64,000 nt of DNA from positions 1-64,000 of the IMG/VR virus record IMGVR_UViG_3300040801_004532, one strand, 5' to 3'. Within the stretch, counting starts at the first letter, position 1; each line of letters begins with the position of its first letter. Below, piece after piece: positions 19,382 through 29,060 of this stretch. The position numbers and the translations under genes were made by a program. The notes beneath the pieces are model-generated. The model was not told the origin of the DNA. It worked only from the letters and a program-made list of their open reading frames with translations, and searched no databases.

Positions 19382-20236
19382 ATGCGTATCGAATTGCTAA
19401 TTATTGATCCACAGAATGATTTTTGCTGGCCGGGACTTAACCCGATTGAAGTTTCAGATGAAGGCAAACGAGTCCTTCCTTCTGAAGTATTCAAACCGGG
19501 CGCCCTTTATGTTCCGGGGGCAGAAGAAGACATGACCAGGGTGGCTGCCATGGTTCGGCGCCTGAAGGACAAACTGGACGACATCCACATCACCTTGGAC
19601 AGCCATCACTACATCGACATCGCCCATCCTCCGTTTTGGATTTCTTCCAGCGGAAAGAATCCGGATCCGTTTACCATCATCACAAAAGATGATGTGGCGA
19701 ACGGAGTGTGGCGAGCAACCAACCCCCAATTCCAGGATCGTGTGATGGAATATGTCACACAACTGGAAGTGAACGCCCGTTACCCGTTATGCATCTGGCC
19801 GGTCCATTGTGTCATCGGGAGCTGGGGCTATGGGGTATTTCCGGACCTACTCAAAGCCATCTTGGAGTGGGAATCGGATTTTGCCATGGCAGACTATGTA
19901 ACAAAGGGATCGAATCTTTGGACGGAACATTACAGTGCGGTTCAAGCAGATGTCCCGGATCCCGAAGATCCCGACACCCAGCTCAACATGCGCCTCATCG
20001 AAACCCTCCAGGAGGCAGATGAAATCATCCTGGTCGGCGAGGCAAGATCACATTGCCTTGCCAATACGGTCATCGACATCGCAAACAATTTCGGGGAGGA
20101 AAACATCAAAAAGATGGTTCTCCTTGAAGATGGGTCAAGCGATGTCCCCGGCTTTGAAAACCTTGGGGAGGATTTCGTCAAAGAAATGAAGGGCCGAGGC
20201 ATGCGTATTTCGACCACCACGGAATATCTAAAATGA
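19382..20236 (+). CDS. Nicotinamidase/isochorismatase-family cysteine hydrolase
   Basis: IIDPQNDF, LDSH, WPVHC, KG, GEARSHC catalytic motifs. Confidence 0.85.
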   Translation: MRIELLIIDPQNDFCWPGLNPIEVSDEGKRVLPSEVFKPGALYVPGAEEDMTRVAAMVRRLKDKLDDIHITLDSHHYIDIAHPPFWISSSGKNPDPFTIITKDDVANGVWRATNPQFQDRVMEYVTQLEVNARYPLCIWPVHCVIGSWGYGVFPDLLKAILEWESDFAMADYVTKGSNLWTEHYSAVQADVPDPEDPDTQLNMRLIETLQEADEIILVGEARSHCLANTVIDIANNFGEENIKKMVLLEDGSSDVPGFENLGEDFVKEMKGRGMRISTTTEYLK

Positions 20237-20466
20237 AAGGGGGCGGGGAGATAGACTTCATCGCTTCCGATTTAGAAGATCTCCACAGAATCAAGTGGAT
20301 AGCAATTCATAACCCTCATCGAGGGTTGCCACTTGATCGCTCCCCCGAACTCACAGAAGACGACCGAGTTATTTTAGATTTTGAATGTAAAGTTATCAAT
20401 TGCTGCAAAAAAGGCAAGATACCAGCTCAAATAACCATCGAAGATGCTAAGCTGATACAGGGGTGA
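20233..20466 (+). CDS. Hypothetical protein
   Basis: 77-aa ORF whose start overlaps the upstream stop. Confidence 0.5.
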   Translation: MKGGGEIDFIASDLEDLHRIKWIAIHNPHRGLPLDRSPELTEDDRVILDFECKVINCCKKGKIPAQITIEDAKLIQG

Positions 20467-20469
20467 CAT

Positions 20470-20721
20470 ATGTACTTTGTTTGTCATTATTGGGATAATG
20501 GAAATGATTTTTGGATCTCGCCATGCAGTAAACCAGAAGACGTAATCAACTATATTGAATCGTTTGAGCTTGATCCCAAGGATTACTATATTATAAAGGG
20601 ACGAATGCTAAAAGGAATTGAAAATACTTCTTTTAACCTGGTAACTTTCAAGGAGAATGAATATGCCAAGACTGATGGCGACAACGGAGGATCAGGTAAT
20701 CAAGATACCGGGTCCGGGTAA
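20470..20721 (+). CDS. Hypothetical protein
   Basis: 83-aa ORF within the operon. Confidence 0.5.
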   Translation: MYFVCHYWDNGNDFWISPCSKPEDVINYIESFELDPKDYYIIKGRMLKGIENTSFNLVTFKENEYAKTDGDNGGSGNQDTGSG

Positions 20722-21421
20722 CTTCCAATTTTCGGCGATTCGAATCGAGGATCTCGGAGCAACAGAATACACCCTGGCCACCCTGGTGGTTGATATTTCA
20801 GGAAGTGTAACCACATTTGCCGATGAGCTACTCGACTGTATCAAAACAATCATCAAAGCATGTCAAAAGAATCCGCGAGCAGAAAATATGCTGGTTCGCC
20901 TCCTTCTGTTCAATGAAAAAATTTATGAAATACATGGTTTCAAAAATCTATCAGATATTGATGTAAACAACTATGAGGCTCTTCGCCCAGACGGATTTAC
21001 AGCTCTATATGATGCAACTTATGATGCAATCGGCGCAACCCTGGAATACTCCAAACGATTGGTTGACCAGGATTTCGATTGCAATGGCGCCGTTTATATT
21101 GTGACGGATGGTATGAACAACCGGGGTAAGATGACCCCAAGTGCAATCGCCCAAAAGATCGGCGAAGCGGTTCATAACGAAGAGATTGAATCGCTTATTT
21201 CAATCCTTGTTGGGCTGCATGATCCCAATAGTTCATGGGAACAGGAGGTTCGGGAATCCTTGGAGATGTTCCACGAGAAAGCAAACCTCACGGAATTTCT
21301 GGACATCGGCGAAGCAACACCACAAAAGCTGGCCAAGTTGGCCGGTTGGGTAAGCGAAAGCGTCAGCAGCCAAAGCCAGGCACTCGGCAGCGGCGCTCCA
21401 AGCCAAACCCTCCAGTTCTAA
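20657..21421 (+). CDS. vWA domain protein (TerY-like)
   Basis: MIDAS motif DISGS, G.TALYDA, VTDG. Confidence 0.85.
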   Translation: MNMPRLMATTEDQVIKIPGPGNFQFSAIRIEDLGATEYTLATLVVDISGSVTTFADELLDCIKTIIKACQKNPRAENMLVRLLLFNEKIYEIHGFKNLSDIDVNNYEALRPDGFTALYDATYDAIGATLEYSKRLVDQDFDCNGAVYIVTDGMNNRGKMTPSAIAQKIGEAVHNEEIESLISILVGLHDPNSSWEQEVRESLEMFHEKANLTEFLDIGEATPQKLAKLAGWVSESVSSQSQALGSGAPSQTLQF

Positions 21422-21524
21422 TGTTTAGAATAATGAACATTAAATAGGTTAATGATGTATATAATGAACATTAAACCGAAAACGGGGGGAGGCAACTCCC
21501 CCCATAAATCTTAGGGAGTAGAAA

Positions 21525-21905
21525 ATGAAAAAAAGTCAGTTGATTGAAACGATTTATCGAAGCAAATTGACCAAAACGAACAAGTCGACAAAGGTCAAAA
21601 AGGGCGTTATGGTGGCCCAACATACAGATGGATATACAGTCGGGATCGGTTTCTCCATGTGTCACAGGAGAGATCGATTTGATTATCATCCCGGAACAGG
21701 TCAAAGAACCCCCGGATGGGGAAAAACGGTAGCAGCCGAAAGGGCCGAAAAGTGGAAGGATCGACTATCAATTGAAATTCCCCAAAGCATTGAACCGGAA
21801 ATGAAAGACTTTATCGGTCGGTGCCGTCGTTATTTCAAAGACAAGGTACTTCCGCCATGGGCCGAAATCCTGATTAACCAGGAATGTGAAAACCCAAAAG
21901 AATAA
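21525..21905 (+). CDS. Hypothetical protein
   Basis: 126 aa; GFSMC...D.F....GK..A..RA motif. Confidence 0.6.
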   Translation: MKKSQLIETIYRSKLTKTNKSTKVKKGVMVAQHTDGYTVGIGFSMCHRRDRFDYHPGTGQRTPGWGKTVAAERAEKWKDRLSIEIPQSIEPEMKDFIGRCRRYFKDKVLPPWAEILINQECENPKE

Positions 21906-21915
21906 AGGAGATGTT

Positions 21916-23031
21916 ATGACCCAGCCCAAAATTGTTGCAAAATCGCTCAAGACCATTCTGGAGGATCCGGGGGTTCAATGTATTTTGGACCGGTCCTGCA
22001 ATCTTTCCGACGAACTAATTAACGAGGTTCAAGGCTGGTGGGGGTATGATCTGTTCAATAGAAAACCCAGCCCTGCATATGATGAATACGGGGTTTTCTC
22101 CGGCACCGACCTTGACCTGGCATGCTTCCTTTATTCCCTTTCGGGACGCGGTGCAGTTATCAACATCCCCACATACAAATCCCACACCCAAACCAAACTT
22201 CGGGAAGACCAAATGGTCACCTCCAAGGCAAATCGCCATGGCGAAGTTCTTGGTGTTGGTGCCAACAAAATTTTCTTTTCCTTCAACGTCACCATTATGG
22301 ATCAGAATGTTGTCGGGGAAGAAAAGGTTGGCGATTTTCGGACCTTCTCATTAACCGACAAACTCGGTGACTGGTATGATGGGTGGCAGCGAATCGAGTT
22401 CGTGCCAACCCTCAAAGAAAATCGGTTTATCACCGAAAACAAACTATGGACGGGAAGCAAGATCATTTTCAAAAATTTCATTCATCCGAATCGGTGGACA
22501 TCCATGTTCGGTCGGCATTACGTGATCACGAAAATGCTGATCGACCGCCTGGAGGATGAATGTAAATTCATTCAGGCCGAAATCAAGCGAATCCAGGCAG
22601 CCGGAATTGAATTTCCAGAGGGCGAAGGCCCCATAAAATATTCATATGATTATGGAAAGGGTGTTCAGAAAAAATTCCCGGCGTTTGAAACAATGATCTT
22701 TATTCCAGATACCGAAATCAAGGAAGATTATGATTTCTATCCCACCGACCAGGAAGGATTGGTCAATGCATACAACCGACGGAAGCGACTCCTCTATGGC
22801 GTCATTCCTTCACTTCGATTCATGACCAGGGCCTCAGAATTTGCCCATTACAAACATCCGGATCGTTTTCCGGCATGGATGCGTGGGACAAAATGGGAGG
22901 AAGATTTTACCATCCCCGGGAAACGAATCAAGTGGCAACGGCTGAAACTATTTCAACCCAAGGTCGGAACCCAATCAATATCAATCCTGAAACGATCGTT
23001 CGAAAAATCGGCGACAGTTTCAGGCGATTAA
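21916..23031 (+). CDS. Hypothetical protein (GC-richer codon usage)
   Basis: 371 aa from ATG behind AGGAG. Confidence 0.7.
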   Translation: MTQPKIVAKSLKTILEDPGVQCILDRSCNLSDELINEVQGWWGYDLFNRKPSPAYDEYGVFSGTDLDLACFLYSLSGRGAVINIPTYKSHTQTKLREDQMVTSKANRHGEVLGVGANKIFFSFNVTIMDQNVVGEEKVGDFRTFSLTDKLGDWYDGWQRIEFVPTLKENRFITENKLWTGSKIIFKNFIHPNRWTSMFGRHYVITKMLIDRLEDECKFIQAEIKRIQAAGIEFPEGEGPIKYSYDYGKGVQKKFPAFETMIFIPDTEIKEDYDFYPTDQEGLVNAYNRRKRLLYGVIPSLRFMTRASEFAHYKHPDRFPAWMRGTKWEEDFTIPGKRIKWQRLKLFQPKVGTQSISILKRSFEKSATVSGD

Positions 23032-23044
23032 TTTGATACTCGTA

Positions 23045-23077
23045 GGGAATGGGGAATATTATATATTCCCCATTCCC
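23045..23077. terminator. Strong hairpin (terminator or processing site)
   Basis: GGGAATGGGGAATAT/ATATTCCCCATTCCC inverted repeat; no clear T-tract. Confidence 0.5.
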
Positions 23078-23109
23078 ATACTAAACAGGCTTTTAAATAG
23101 GAGGTTGAG

Positions 23110-23325
23110 TTGCTTCCAAAAACAAAGATCGTAAACTATCCAATCAAAGTTCCGTTGAGTGATTATTGTTGGAGCCATGAGCCTCCGCATACTATATGCG
23201 AAAATTTTGACAACGAGGGCGGACATGCCAGATGTATTTTGTTTCGTAGAGAAACAATTCACAGAAATGATAAAGGGTATTTAAAACCAGAAATCTGTAA
23301 GAACCTTAAAACTAGTTGGGAATAA
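23110..23325 (+). CDS. Small Cys-rich hypothetical protein
   Basis: 71 aa, GGAGG SD, TTG start. Confidence 0.5.
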   Translation: MLPKTKIVNYPIKVPLSDYCWSHEPPHTICENFDNEGGHARCILFRRETIHRNDKGYLKPEICKNLKTSWE

Positions 23326-23343
23326 TACTACCAGGAAGGGAAA

Positions 23344-23778
23344 ATGATTAAAAATTTTTTCTGTCTGACTTTAATAATTGCGTCATTATTCATTTTTTCA
23401 TGTGGTCCAACAATTGACGTTAGAATACCTATAAAAGTAGAAAAGCTTCATATAGATTTTGAAGAAGAAACTGTCCATTTAAAATATCATATAAAGAAAA
23501 CTATATTTATTGATAGCGTTGATAATCTAGAAGAAAAACAAATGATTATATTGGAACGTGCAAAAACCGATTTAATTAATGCTGATTTTTCAGTGGTAAT
23601 AATAAGCGTTCCAGGCGGATCTACAGATATAACCTATTTCTGTGGTCCAGTTAAAATTGGTTTCTCAAATCTAGCAATATCAAGAGCCCTAGCATTGAAA
23701 TTATTTTCTCCATCAAAAGATGACCCATCAAAACCAATTATGTCAAATGAATTATCAACCCCAAAAAAACCACTTTGA
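23344..23778 (+). CDS. Putative lipoprotein
   Basis: Signal peptide ending in LFIFSC lipobox-like motif. Confidence 0.55.
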   Translation: MIKNFFCLTLIIASLFIFSCGPTIDVRIPIKVEKLHIDFEEETVHLKYHIKKTIFIDSVDNLEEKQMIILERAKTDLINADFSVVIISVPGGSTDITYFCGPVKIGFSNLAISRALALKLFSPSKDDPSKPIMSNELSTPKKPL

Positions 23779-23787
23779 GGAATTTAA

Positions 23788-24603
23788 ATGATTGAAATAG
23801 ATACCTTTCTTGAAATAGGAAGTCAACATCGAATGTGTGAGGATTATATCATTCAGGGAAACGATCCCACGCAATATATAATTTTGGCTGATGGTTGTAG
23901 TTCAGCCAACAATACAGAGATGGGCGCAAGAATTTTATGCCATCTTGCAAAACAATATCTTAAATACCGGGGCGAAGATAATCTATATTCTATTGGTTAT
24001 TCAGACCTTGGTAACTGGGTTATCTATAATGCAGAATTAATTGCAAGGCAGATGGGGTTATCATTATCTTCTTTAACTTCAACCTTGATTGTTTCATTTA
24101 TAAGAGATGGAATGGTTAAGGTTTTTATGTACGGAGATGGTTGTATTATAACAACATCCCCCAACCATGATAGTATAGAGATCACTAGAGTTGACTTTGA
24201 GGGGAATGCTCCATATTATTTGGTTTATCGGGTAGATAAAGAAAGAGGACAAATCTATCACGAAAATTGCCCAGAAAAAATTACATCTATAAATTTCTCA
24301 ACCAAAACAGATTTACCATATACCAATCGTTGTGCTTACGATTATCCCAGCGAATTTACATATTTAATGTCCACACATCCATTGATCATGATCGCATCAG
24401 ATGGGCTGTTTTCATTTTTGATGGGTAATGGTTCATCTGATTTAATAGACCCGATGGACCTTTTAAAAGGCGGATTTATTTCTTTTAAAAATACAAAAGG
24501 TTCTTTCCTCCAAAGAAGACTTAACAAATATATGAAACATCTATCAAAAGATGGAATCGCCCATTTTGATGATTTATCAGTAGGAGCATATTTAAAAAAG
24601 TAG
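23788..24603 (+). CDS. PP2C-family protein phosphatase
   Basis: G..H..CEDY, LADGCSS, YGDG, ASDG, DDLS motifs. Confidence 0.85.
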   Translation: MIEIDTFLEIGSQHRMCEDYIIQGNDPTQYIILADGCSSANNTEMGARILCHLAKQYLKYRGEDNLYSIGYSDLGNWVIYNAELIARQMGLSLSSLTSTLIVSFIRDGMVKVFMYGDGCIITTSPNHDSIEITRVDFEGNAPYYLVYRVDKERGQIYHENCPEKITSINFSTKTDLPYTNRCAYDYPSEFTYLMSTHPLIMIASDGLFSFLMGNGSSDLIDPMDLLKGGFISFKNTKGSFLQRRLNKYMKHLSKDGIAHFDDLSVGAYLKK

Positions 24604-24612
24604 GAGGGAGAA

Positions 24613-24921
24613 ATGACCGCCATTGATATAACACCTATAGCTGCTGACGTGCCAAAACTTCAAAAGAATTGGCCGACCTTTAAAGCAGTTAATGATTGTG
24701 ATCGAGATAAGATTGAACTGGATATGGAAGTAAGTATAAGAGTTAAAGGAGAAACTATAAGAGTTAAAATAGAAGCTATGAATGATTCCTTATTAATAGG
24801 AAAGGTTTTAACAAAAAAGTTTTATTTTGTTCAACCATTTATAGAAGGTGATATGATCCAATTTGAAAAGAAAAACGTCATAGATATTTTTGACATAAAC
24901 AGAACAGGAGTACTTTACTAA
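24613..24921 (+). CDS. Hypothetical protein
   Basis: 102 aa with strong SD. Confidence 0.55.
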   Translation: MTAIDITPIAADVPKLQKNWPTFKAVNDCDRDKIELDMEVSIRVKGETIRVKIEAMNDSLLIGKVLTKKFYFVQPFIEGDMIQFEKKNVIDIFDINRTGVLY

Positions 24922-25109
24922 TGCCCTATTATCATTGTAGAAAATGTCACCACGAATTTGAACGTATTCCATATGAAAAAGAAAATGTTATTTGTGATTG
25001 GTGTGGCGCCGACCGGCCAATGATATTAGAAGAAAAAACTCCGCTTGAAAAAATGGCTGAGAATGCTGATAAATTACTAGATAAATTGATCAAAGAAGGG
25101 AAAAAATAA
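24921..25109 (+). CDS. Zinc-ribbon protein (FmdB-like)
   Basis: MPYYHCRKCHHEFE...CDWCG; start and stop overlap both neighbours. Confidence 0.6.
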   Translation: MPYYHCRKCHHEFERIPYEKENVICDWCGADRPMILEEKTPLEKMAENADKLLDKLIKEGKK

Positions 25110-26797
25110 TGGAAATATTTGTGGGGGGTAAAAAGGTTACCTTAACACAAAAGAACTTCGTCGCAAAAGGAGGCGAAGGGCAAATATTTCATCGTAGTAA
25201 TGTTGCATATAAAATATATGAAGACCTTACAAAGATGATTCCGCCCGCAAAGATCGGCGAATTGAATCTCCTGGATGACCCATGTATTGTTAGACCCAAG
25301 GATCTTATTATGAATAATAAAAAGCAGCCAGTGGGTTTTACAATGGACTGGGTAGGGGACTCAAATCATCCATTATGTAAATTATTTACAACAAAATTTC
25401 AGCGGGATAATGGAATTATAATTGATCAAATTATAGCTTTAGTTGAAAAGATAAAAGAAGTAACAAATTTCATTCATAACCATAATTGCCTTATAGTAGA
25501 TGGTAATGAACTAAACTATTTAGTCAAGGGAGATTTTGTAACTCCCTTGTTTATTGATGTCAATTCATGGCAAACTCCATCATATCAAGCAACAGCAATA
25601 ATGCCTTCAATTAGAGATTGGTCAACTGATACATTTACACAATTGACTGACTGGTTTTCATTTGCTGTTGTTTCATTTCAACTTTTCGTTGGAATACATC
25701 CATATAAGGGCAAACATCCAAAGTATAGAAAAAATGATTTTGCAAGTCGAGTTAGAGATGGTATCTCAGTATTTAATCCCCAAGTAAACTTGCCTCCAAC
25801 TACAAGGGACTTTTCTTTGATCCCATCTTCATATAAAGATTGGTTTTATCAAATGTTCGAAAACAAAGATAGAAAACCGCCGCCAACTCTACCAGGAGAG
25901 GCAGGAGTTATACAAGTTACAATACAGGTCATTACAAGCACTGATGCTTTTGAGGTAACTCTTATTAAGGATTATGGTGAAGAAATTTTATTTCATAATC
26001 CAGAGTTTGATATAACAAAAACAAAATCAAAAATCTTTATAGGCAAAACCGATTACCGGGTTTCGAAGGGAGTTGAAATATTATTTGTATCGCCACAACA
26101 AATCCCCATACTTGTAAAAATACAAGATGGTATGGCCCAATTTAAATGCCTTCAAGCTGGTTATGTAATGAAGGGAAATAATATTGCCTGTACTGAAATG
26201 ATGATTGTTAATAATACGTTGTATCTAAAAAATGGAATGAAACTGATTGAAATGGACTTTAAAGAAATGTCCCAAAATATCATTCCAATGCCCAAAACAA
26301 CGTGGACAGTCGAACCTCTTTCAAGTCAAATACTAAGCAATGTTATTTATCAAAGTGTCCTTGGAAAAGCCTTCCTCTGTATACCGGAACCTTTGAGCGG
26401 AAAAAGTAGGTTCCATAACATTCGTATCCCCGAGATAGATTCTCATCGAGTAATTGAGGCAAAATATGAAAATCAGGTTTGTTGTCTTATTACTCACACA
26501 GGGAAAGAATATGAACGTGTTATCATTGTATTTGATAAATCTTTTCAGAAATATACATTGCGAATTATTCAGGGGATTGACTACATTCCATTGAACTTTA
26601 CAGTTCTTGATAATGGCGTATGTGTTATGATCCCCGAAGATAATGTTGTTGAGTTATTTCTGAATCGAATGGATAAACAAGAGGTGAAACGGATTGAAGA
26701 TCCACAAATTGATAGTTCCATGAGGGTATTAAAAGATGGAACAAGAATCAAATTCTTCAAAGATAATAGCTTATATACAATGAAGATGAAAAAATAG
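25109..26797 (+). CDS. Ser/Thr protein kinase with C-terminal beta-rich domain
   Basis: GGEG loop, AYKIY, DGNELN catalytic loop, FIDVNS, TDWFSF. Confidence 0.85.
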   Translation: MEIFVGGKKVTLTQKNFVAKGGEGQIFHRSNVAYKIYEDLTKMIPPAKIGELNLLDDPCIVRPKDLIMNNKKQPVGFTMDWVGDSNHPLCKLFTTKFQRDNGIIIDQIIALVEKIKEVTNFIHNHNCLIVDGNELNYLVKGDFVTPLFIDVNSWQTPSYQATAIMPSIRDWSTDTFTQLTDWFSFAVVSFQLFVGIHPYKGKHPKYRKNDFASRVRDGISVFNPQVNLPPTTRDFSLIPSSYKDWFYQMFENKDRKPPPTLPGEAGVIQVTIQVITSTDAFEVTLIKDYGEEILFHNPEFDITKTKSKIFIGKTDYRVSKGVEILFVSPQQIPILVKIQDGMAQFKCLQAGYVMKGNNIACTEMMIVNNTLYLKNGMKLIEMDFKEMSQNIIPMPKTTWTVEPLSSQILSNVIYQSVLGKAFLCIPEPLSGKSRFHNIRIPEIDSHRVIEAKYENQVCCLITHTGKEYERVIIVFDKSFQKYTLRIIQGIDYIPLNFTVLDNGVCVMIPEDNVVELFLNRMDKQEVKRIEDPQIDSSMRVLKDGTRIKFFKDNSLYTMKMKK

Positions 26798-26975
26798 GGG
26801 GATCTATGAATGAGGTAACATTAGTAATTTTAGTATTAATAATGATAATAGATTTTACGTTATACTATATAACAAGAAAGATTGATCCAACCCTCAAACC
26901 ATTTTCCTTTCGTTTTTTCGGGTCTGGAATTTACGCCTTTATATCATACCTAAAACGAATTAAAAAGCAATAGCA

Positions 26976-26995
26976 CTATATATATAAATATTTGA
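26976..26995 (+). promoter_or_regulatory. Putative early promoter
   Basis: CTATATATATAAATATTTGA. Confidence 0.55.
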
Positions 26996-27035
26996 AGAAG
27001 GATAATTTTTATCTTCAAACGAAAGGAGGAGATAG

Positions 27036-27485
27036 TTGGAAATCAAAGGATTGAAGGCGACCCAGAAAGAACTAACTTTTATGAAAGGGGGTGAAAGAGT
27101 GAAAAGAGAAGTAAGGTACAGGGGAATCAGCAACGCAGTTCGTCGGGCAATCGCCAGAAGTGAAATAAGCGGCGAAATCAAAATCCAGGATGTACGGGCA
27201 AAACTCGATGCCAGCAAATGCAGCGCCCCGGAAAAAGTGATCGAAAAATCTCTGTCGTATCTCGCCAACAACGGCGAAATCATTGCCGGGAAAAATGGTC
27301 GATTCTTTACCAAGGACAGTTTGAAGTCAGAGTCGACACCGTCTGCTGTCAATAAGGAATCCCGTTCGGGGATGCTTTTGGGAGCAGGAGATTCGGCCCT
27401 GGTGTCCGGCAAGATCACCTCCATGAGCTATGAAGAGGGGAAGGTGATCGCCACGGTTGAGGTTAAGTCGCTGGATTTGGCTTAA
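27036..27485 (+). CDS. Hypothetical protein, possibly winged-helix DNA-binding (start uncertain)
   Basis: GC-richer ORF between the promoter motif and a terminator. Confidence 0.55.
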   Translation: MEIKGLKATQKELTFMKGGERVKREVRYRGISNAVRRAIARSEISGEIKIQDVRAKLDASKCSAPEKVIEKSLSYLANNGEIIAGKNGRFFTKDSLKSESTPSAVNKESRSGMLLGAGDSALVSGKITSMSYEEGKVIATVEVKSLDLA

Positions 27486-27515
27486 CTCAACCAAACTAAG
27501 AGATTGAGAAAAGAA

Positions 27516-27546
27516 ATGCTCGGGAATCCCCCCGGGCATTTTTTTT
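27516..27546 (+). terminator. Intrinsic terminator
   Basis: ATGCTCGGG/CCCGGGCAT stem plus T-run. Confidence 0.7.
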
Positions 27547-27560
27547 GGAAGGAAAATGAA

Positions 27561-27899
27561 ATGAAGAAAAAATCTTATAAGGAAATGAATTTTGTTTGGG
27601 TTTCCAGTCATTGGGATATCCATTTGAAGGGACTATGTATTGAAGAAGGAAAACTACAGAGGTTCAAAACAGATTATGATACAGAGCTATGTACAATTTA
27701 TCCATTGACCACAAAAGAAAAATTTATATGGTTATTTAAGAAAAAAATGTTTGAATGGTGCGTTGGATACCATTGGACTTATCCTCATAGAAAAACTGGC
27801 AATTTATATCATAGAAGAAAACCAGTTTGGATTCATAAAGGTCTTGTGTGGTTATATTACACAATAACCCTCAAGGAGATACAACGATGGATTCCATAA
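27561..27899 (+). CDS. Hypothetical protein
   Basis: ORF from ATG 27561. Confidence 0.55.
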   Translation: MKKKSYKEMNFVWVSSHWDIHLKGLCIEEGKLQRFKTDYDTELCTIYPLTTKEKFIWLFKKKMFEWCVGYHWTYPHRKTGNLYHRRKPVWIHKGLVWLYYTITLKEIQRWIP

Positions 27900-28171
27900 A
27901 AAAATGTCCATGTGAGGATTGTTTGTTACGACCTCGATGTAAAGAAAGATTGATAGCCACATCAAAAAATGATAACTATAAGTATTTGATTATGGAACGA
28001 GCATCATCATGTCCATATATAATAGAATATTTTGGGTATAAGAATTATCTTGATAGGCACGGAGAAAAACTTTTAGATTTTTCATATGATAAAATTTACA
28101 GAATGTGTGATTTATTTGGGATAGATAACCATTACTTTGTTTGGCAAGCAGGTTGGGAATTTACCATTTAA
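27887..28171 (+). CDS. PCxxCLxxxxC family small protein
   Basis: CPCEDCLLRPRC; AAGGAG SD. Confidence 0.6.
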   Translation: MDSIKKCPCEDCLLRPRCKERLIATSKNDNYKYLIMERASSCPYIIEYFGYKNYLDRHGEKLLDFSYDKIYRMCDLFGIDNHYFVWQAGWEFTI

Positions 28172-28191
28172 CTATATATATAAATTAATGA
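28172..28191 (+). promoter_or_regulatory. Putative early promoter
   Basis: CTATATATATAAATTAATGA. Confidence 0.55.
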
Positions 28192-28229
28192 AAAGAAGTT
28201 ATTTAATTAATCTTTAAAAGGAGAATGTT

Positions 28230-28571
28230 ATGCTTTACTGTGACGGTTGTGCAAAGGCAAATGGGCATGAAATTACCAGCCAAAAACAGAAAGGTGAATG
28301 TGAATTGTGTCGCCGGCGTCTTGGAACCATGAATGTCATGCCAGACAATGTGGTTGATAGCCACATCAACAACGTCAAAAAGGAAGATTTCTCAGCGGCT
28401 GGGATCAAGGTTAAGCAGGTCCCCGGATTTGTTCCGGGAACAAATCTGGATGCAATTGAGCCGGGTGCACCCCACAGATTCCTCAGCGAAACCAAGGTAC
28501 TGTTTCATCAATCAAACCGGTTAATCATCGCGGATATGGAGTCCGGAAAAAGAGTTGAAATTAATTTCTAA
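28230..28571 (+). CDS. Hypothetical zinc-binding protein
   Basis: CDGC...CELC; AGGAG SD. Confidence 0.6.
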   Translation: MLYCDGCAKANGHEITSQKQKGECELCRRRLGTMNVMPDNVVDSHINNVKKEDFSAAGIKVKQVPGFVPGTNLDAIEPGAPHRFLSETKVLFHQSNRLIIADMESGKRVEINF

Positions 28572-28581
28572 TCTACTGACG

Positions 28582-28625
28582 AAAAAAGACCCGAGCCTGA
28601 TTTCTCAAGCCCGGGTCTTTTTTTT
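28582..28625. terminator. Bidirectional intrinsic terminator
   Basis: AAAAAAGACCCG...CGGGTCTTTTTTTT between convergent genes. Confidence 0.8.
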
Positions 28626-28645
28626 GGAAGGTAGTTTAATTTATC

Positions 28646-28996
28646 CTAGTTTTTTATTGATATTGATTCGTTCACTGGGTTTTGGTTTGTATTGGCTACT
28701 ACTTTATTAAAGGTTTTTCCTTCATCATTCATAATATATGCAACTGTATCAAATGCAATAGTATATTCGCTTCCGTTTTCCAATCTACAAACCAGCCTCT
28801 TATAACGAACACAACTTGAGCACCCTTCTTTTTCTGTTTGGCAAGTACATGCACTATTAATATCAAACAAAATAGCGTCAGTATATGCCTCACAGTCCGG
28901 TCGCCTTAAAAGATCAGTTGAAATACTAACCTTTCTAATACTATCCAACAACCACATTTCCTGGTTGTCTTTATACCGTTGGATTCCTATAATCAT
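28646..28996 (-). CDS. Small beta-rich protein with C-terminal AYIMNDEGKT motif
   Basis: 116 aa, GAGGAG SD, tandem-repeat leader. Confidence 0.65.
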   Translation of the reverse strand: MIIGIQRYKDNQEMWLLDSIRKVSISTDLLRRPDCEAYTDAILFDINSACTCQTEKEGCSSCVRYKRLVCRLENGSEYTIAFDTVAYIMNDEGKTFNKVVANTNQNPVNESISIKN

Positions 28997-29013
28997 GATT
29001 TTTTTCTCCTCTC

Positions 29014-29050
29014 TAATGTCTAATGTTTTAATGTCTTATGTCTTATGTCT
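29014..29050 (-). repeat. Five tandem ~7-nt repeats (GACATAA/GACATTA) in a 5' leader
   Basis: Minus strand reads AGACATAAGACATAAGACATTAAAACATTAGACATTA, then GAGAGGAG. Confidence 0.8.
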
Positions 29051-29060
29051 ACCTTCCTGT

